Positions 61,071-64,000 of a DNA stretch of 64,000 bases are shown one piece after another (within the stretch, counting starts at the first letter, position 1; every line of letters begins with the position of its first letter). Below the pieces are notes generated by a model. That model saw only the letters and a list, made by a program, of their open reading frames with translations, was not told where the DNA came from and searched no databases. The position numbers were made by a program, and so were the translations under genes. Where the stretch lies: contig CM059432.1 in NCBI GenBank assembly GCA_030390025.1, forward strand, positions 119,228,001-119,292,000. The letters are read 5' to 3'. This stretch comes from Squalus acanthias (taxonomy: Eukaryota).

Positions 61071-64000
61071 TATTTCATTCTCGCTTGCCGGAGAGAAGCA
61101 GGCGGAGCGAGTACAAAGGGCTGCAAGGATTGCAGGCTTCCCCATGGTGCCGGGTGCCATTTAATGCATGTACATTGCTTTGTGTGGGCCTCATGTCAAC
61201 CCTGCCATGTACTGGAACCAAAAGGGATTCCACTCCCTCAACGTGCAGCTGGTGTGTGACCATAGGCAGCGTATAATGCAAGTCAATGCCTGGTATCCTG
61301 GCAGTAGTCACAATGTATTCATTCTGTGGCAGACCTCTGTGCCATCTGTATTTCAGCCACCATGGCAAAACAAAGGATGGCTACTGGGCGACAAGGGCTA
61401 TCCACTGATGACATGGCTCATGACTCCAGTTCGCAACCCACGTACGCATGCATAGCAGGCATGCAACGAGAGCCATGCAACGAGAGCCATGCTGCCAAAT
61501 GTGATAGAGCAGACTATTGGCATCCTGAAGCAGCGATTCCGCTGCCAGGGCTGCTCTGGAAGAGCTCTGCAGTATTTGGCTGAGCGAGTCTCAAGATTTG
61601 TCGTGGTATGTTACATGCTGCATAACTTTGCCATCATGAGGGAACAGCCCTTGCTACTACCTATCATGCAAAAAGCAGAGCAGGAGGTGAAGGAGGAGAA
61701 GGAGGAAGAGGAAAAGCAGGAAGAGGAAGACCGACTGCAACTTAGACACCCCCTTTCTGCCCAGGCTGTACGTGAAGAACTAATTCAAGTGTGATACCAG
61801 TAACCTCAACCCCAATTCCCCATTCACCAACAATCCCCCACACTTTACCTTCGCGCTGTCACTGACCATCACATTTCCCCCTTGGCCACAAAGCATAATA
61901 AAAGTCATTCCAATGCAAATTTATAAATTAAACCATGCCATATTGCATACAAAAATAAACTAATCACCCTTGTGTATTCCCTTAGTGCCTGTATTTCATT
62001 TGCCTTTGCCTGTCCTAGTGCTCCTATGCGCTGCTACCCCAATGGCTGCAGCATGGCTGGTGGAAGGCTGCTGACTTTCAGTGGAGGAAACTGCAGATAG
62101 CCTTGGAGAATGACCTCGAGCAGCTCTGAGCCTAGAAGGCCTGGCTTCAGACTGCACCATCTCGGCATGGGCGGCAGTCTGGGCTGGCTGGCTGACAGGC
62201 AACAGCAAGGGCACTGATGGAGTGGCAGGGGTGAGAGCATGAATGCTGTCATCCAGAGAGAGGACAGCAGGTTCGTGCTCCATAGAGCCACTGCCACTCC
62301 CCCGGGGCAGCACCTCAGCAATCCTAGTAATCTGTTGGAGAACAGATTGATGGACTGCTGTGACACCCTGGGAGCCCCTTTGAACACTAGAATCCAGAGC
62401 CATGATGGCAGAGTCTGAGCTTCCACTGCAGCACTCAGATGTTGGGTGGCCGTTGCTTGTGCTGCAATGGAAGCTGAGACATCGGCCATCAGACGTTGCA
62501 TCATGGATGGTTTCACAAGTGTGTTGATGGAGTTGGCCACCAGTTCCATGCTGGAAAGGATGAGCACCAAGCTCTGTGCTAAGCCCTCTGCCAAGTTGGT
62601 GCCGGACTCCTCCATGCTCCTTGACATTGAACGCAGGCTATCTGGCAGGCTTCCAAATGCTCCAAGCATTTTGTTGTGTACATCCATCAGCCTTCTTCTG
62701 TAGCCTGGCCCATCGAAGTCCTCATTGAGTCATCTGCAGCAGAACCTGTGTGCGACCTCGCCCTCCAGCGAGCTGGCACCAGTGCTATCCTATGCCCTTT
62801 GCCCTGGCTGCAGCACACTTGTGCCCGGTGTCTCACCACGTGCAGATCCAACCTCTATGCTATCCTCTAAGATACGTGCAGTTTCAATATCTGAGCTGAT
62901 GGCTGCGAGTGTGAAATCAAGTGACAGTGTGTCTTCATCATCGCTCTCTTCCTGCTTTTCCACCACAGCCGGGGCAGGCTGCAGTTCTTCTTTTTCTCTG
63001 AAATGAATAAAGGAGAAGGGTTGGTTTGTGGTGAGGGGAGAGGAGAAAGCAAAAAGTGCATGCTTATACCATCTGCAGCTTGTAAGTCAGAAAAGAGTTG
63101 GGGATGTGGATACCATCATCTTCAATGGTGTCAGCCCCGCTGGTGGCCATGGCCGCAGCAATTGCCCTTCCCATAATGGCCAGCACTGTCTCCTCCTTGG
63201 GGGTTAGAACATGCAGGCGCGCCTCTCTCCCTCCAGTTAGTTTCTGCTGCCTCCGGTTGTGAGCCACCTTCTCCTCCAAGAGAAAAGGAAGTGTGTCAGT
63301 GAATCTGTTTAGGTGATGTTGCTGTTATGGTTGAATAGCTGGCAGTGTGTGCATGGTGTGAGATCCGGGTGTGAGGTTTGCAACAGTGCTAAGTGTGTGA
63401 GAGTGAGGTGAAGTTAGATATGAGTTCTGATTGATAGAGATTGTTGGTAAGTGATGGGGGTGTGGTGAGGCTAGTGGTGCAGTTGGTGGGATATGGCATT
63501 TGAAGATGCATTCACTGACCTTGACCACTCGTGTGAGGTCATTAATCTTCTTGCAGCACTGCCTCCAGATCCTTGGCTAAACTCCTGGCTTTGACCTCTG
63601 AGGCTATCTGTTTCCACTGCCTTCTCGTCGTGTGGCCTCCTGCCCCCCTGAGGATCTCTCCTCCTTTCCACCTCCTCCACCAAGACCTCCAGTGCAGTGT
63701 CCAAAATTCTAGGGGCCCACTCTCTCCCATGGTCAGCCATTGATCTCTCTTTCCCAGGTCAGATTCAGTTGCAGAACGACTTCCAGCACCTGTTCCAACC
63801 ACAATGCTCCTCCCCTTTAAGAGGTGCAGGCCAGCTTTAAGTATGCAAGTTACTAACGATATTGGGCTCACTGCTGATGCATGCAGCCAATGAACAGCGC
63901 GGTTAGCACTGGCTGCACACAGAAATCATTATAATGAGCAGGCAGCATGAATTTGGGGTGCTGCCTGCATTACACTGAACAGACGCGGGTTAGTCGCGCA

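Larger units (their letters stand above)
59110..64000. mobile_element. Decayed autonomous Harbinger, same family as 51616-57803; runs to window end
   Basis: Transposase + (59635-61794: [65 protein letters not shown]); Myb/SANT - (63740-61996: KVAHNRRQQKLTGG). Confidence 0.88.

Overview
Eukaryotic, almost entirely repeat-derived window. HE1/V-SINE, SacSINE1-like DeuSINE and these CR1/Penelope families point to a cartilaginous fish (shark); this is an inference. No host protein-coding gene could be supported. Main contents: (1) the 5' end of an LTR retroelement on the minus strand, with a ~1.6-kb LTR, a tRNA-Arg(TCG)-type PBS and an uninterrupted coiled-coil gag-like ORF running off the window edge; (2) several CR1 LINE copies, an L2 fragment and SINEs; (3) a nearly intact 4.5-kb autonomous PIF/Harbinger transposon (three-exon Myb/SANT gene plus a HARBI1-like transposase with one frameshift) and two ~763-bp non-autonomous partners with the same ends; (4) an internally deleted ERV (env leader, TM, 3' LTR) into which that Harbinger inserted; (5) a ~14.8-kb G-rich 33-bp tandem array that appears to have grown out of the internal minisatellite of a MITE; (6) a Penelope-like element with an inverted pseudo-LTR and a 14-bp TSD, plus four minimal hammerhead ribozyme motifs; (7) two decayed Harbingers of a second family with multi-level nested insertions. 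All assignments are by eye, without database searches.
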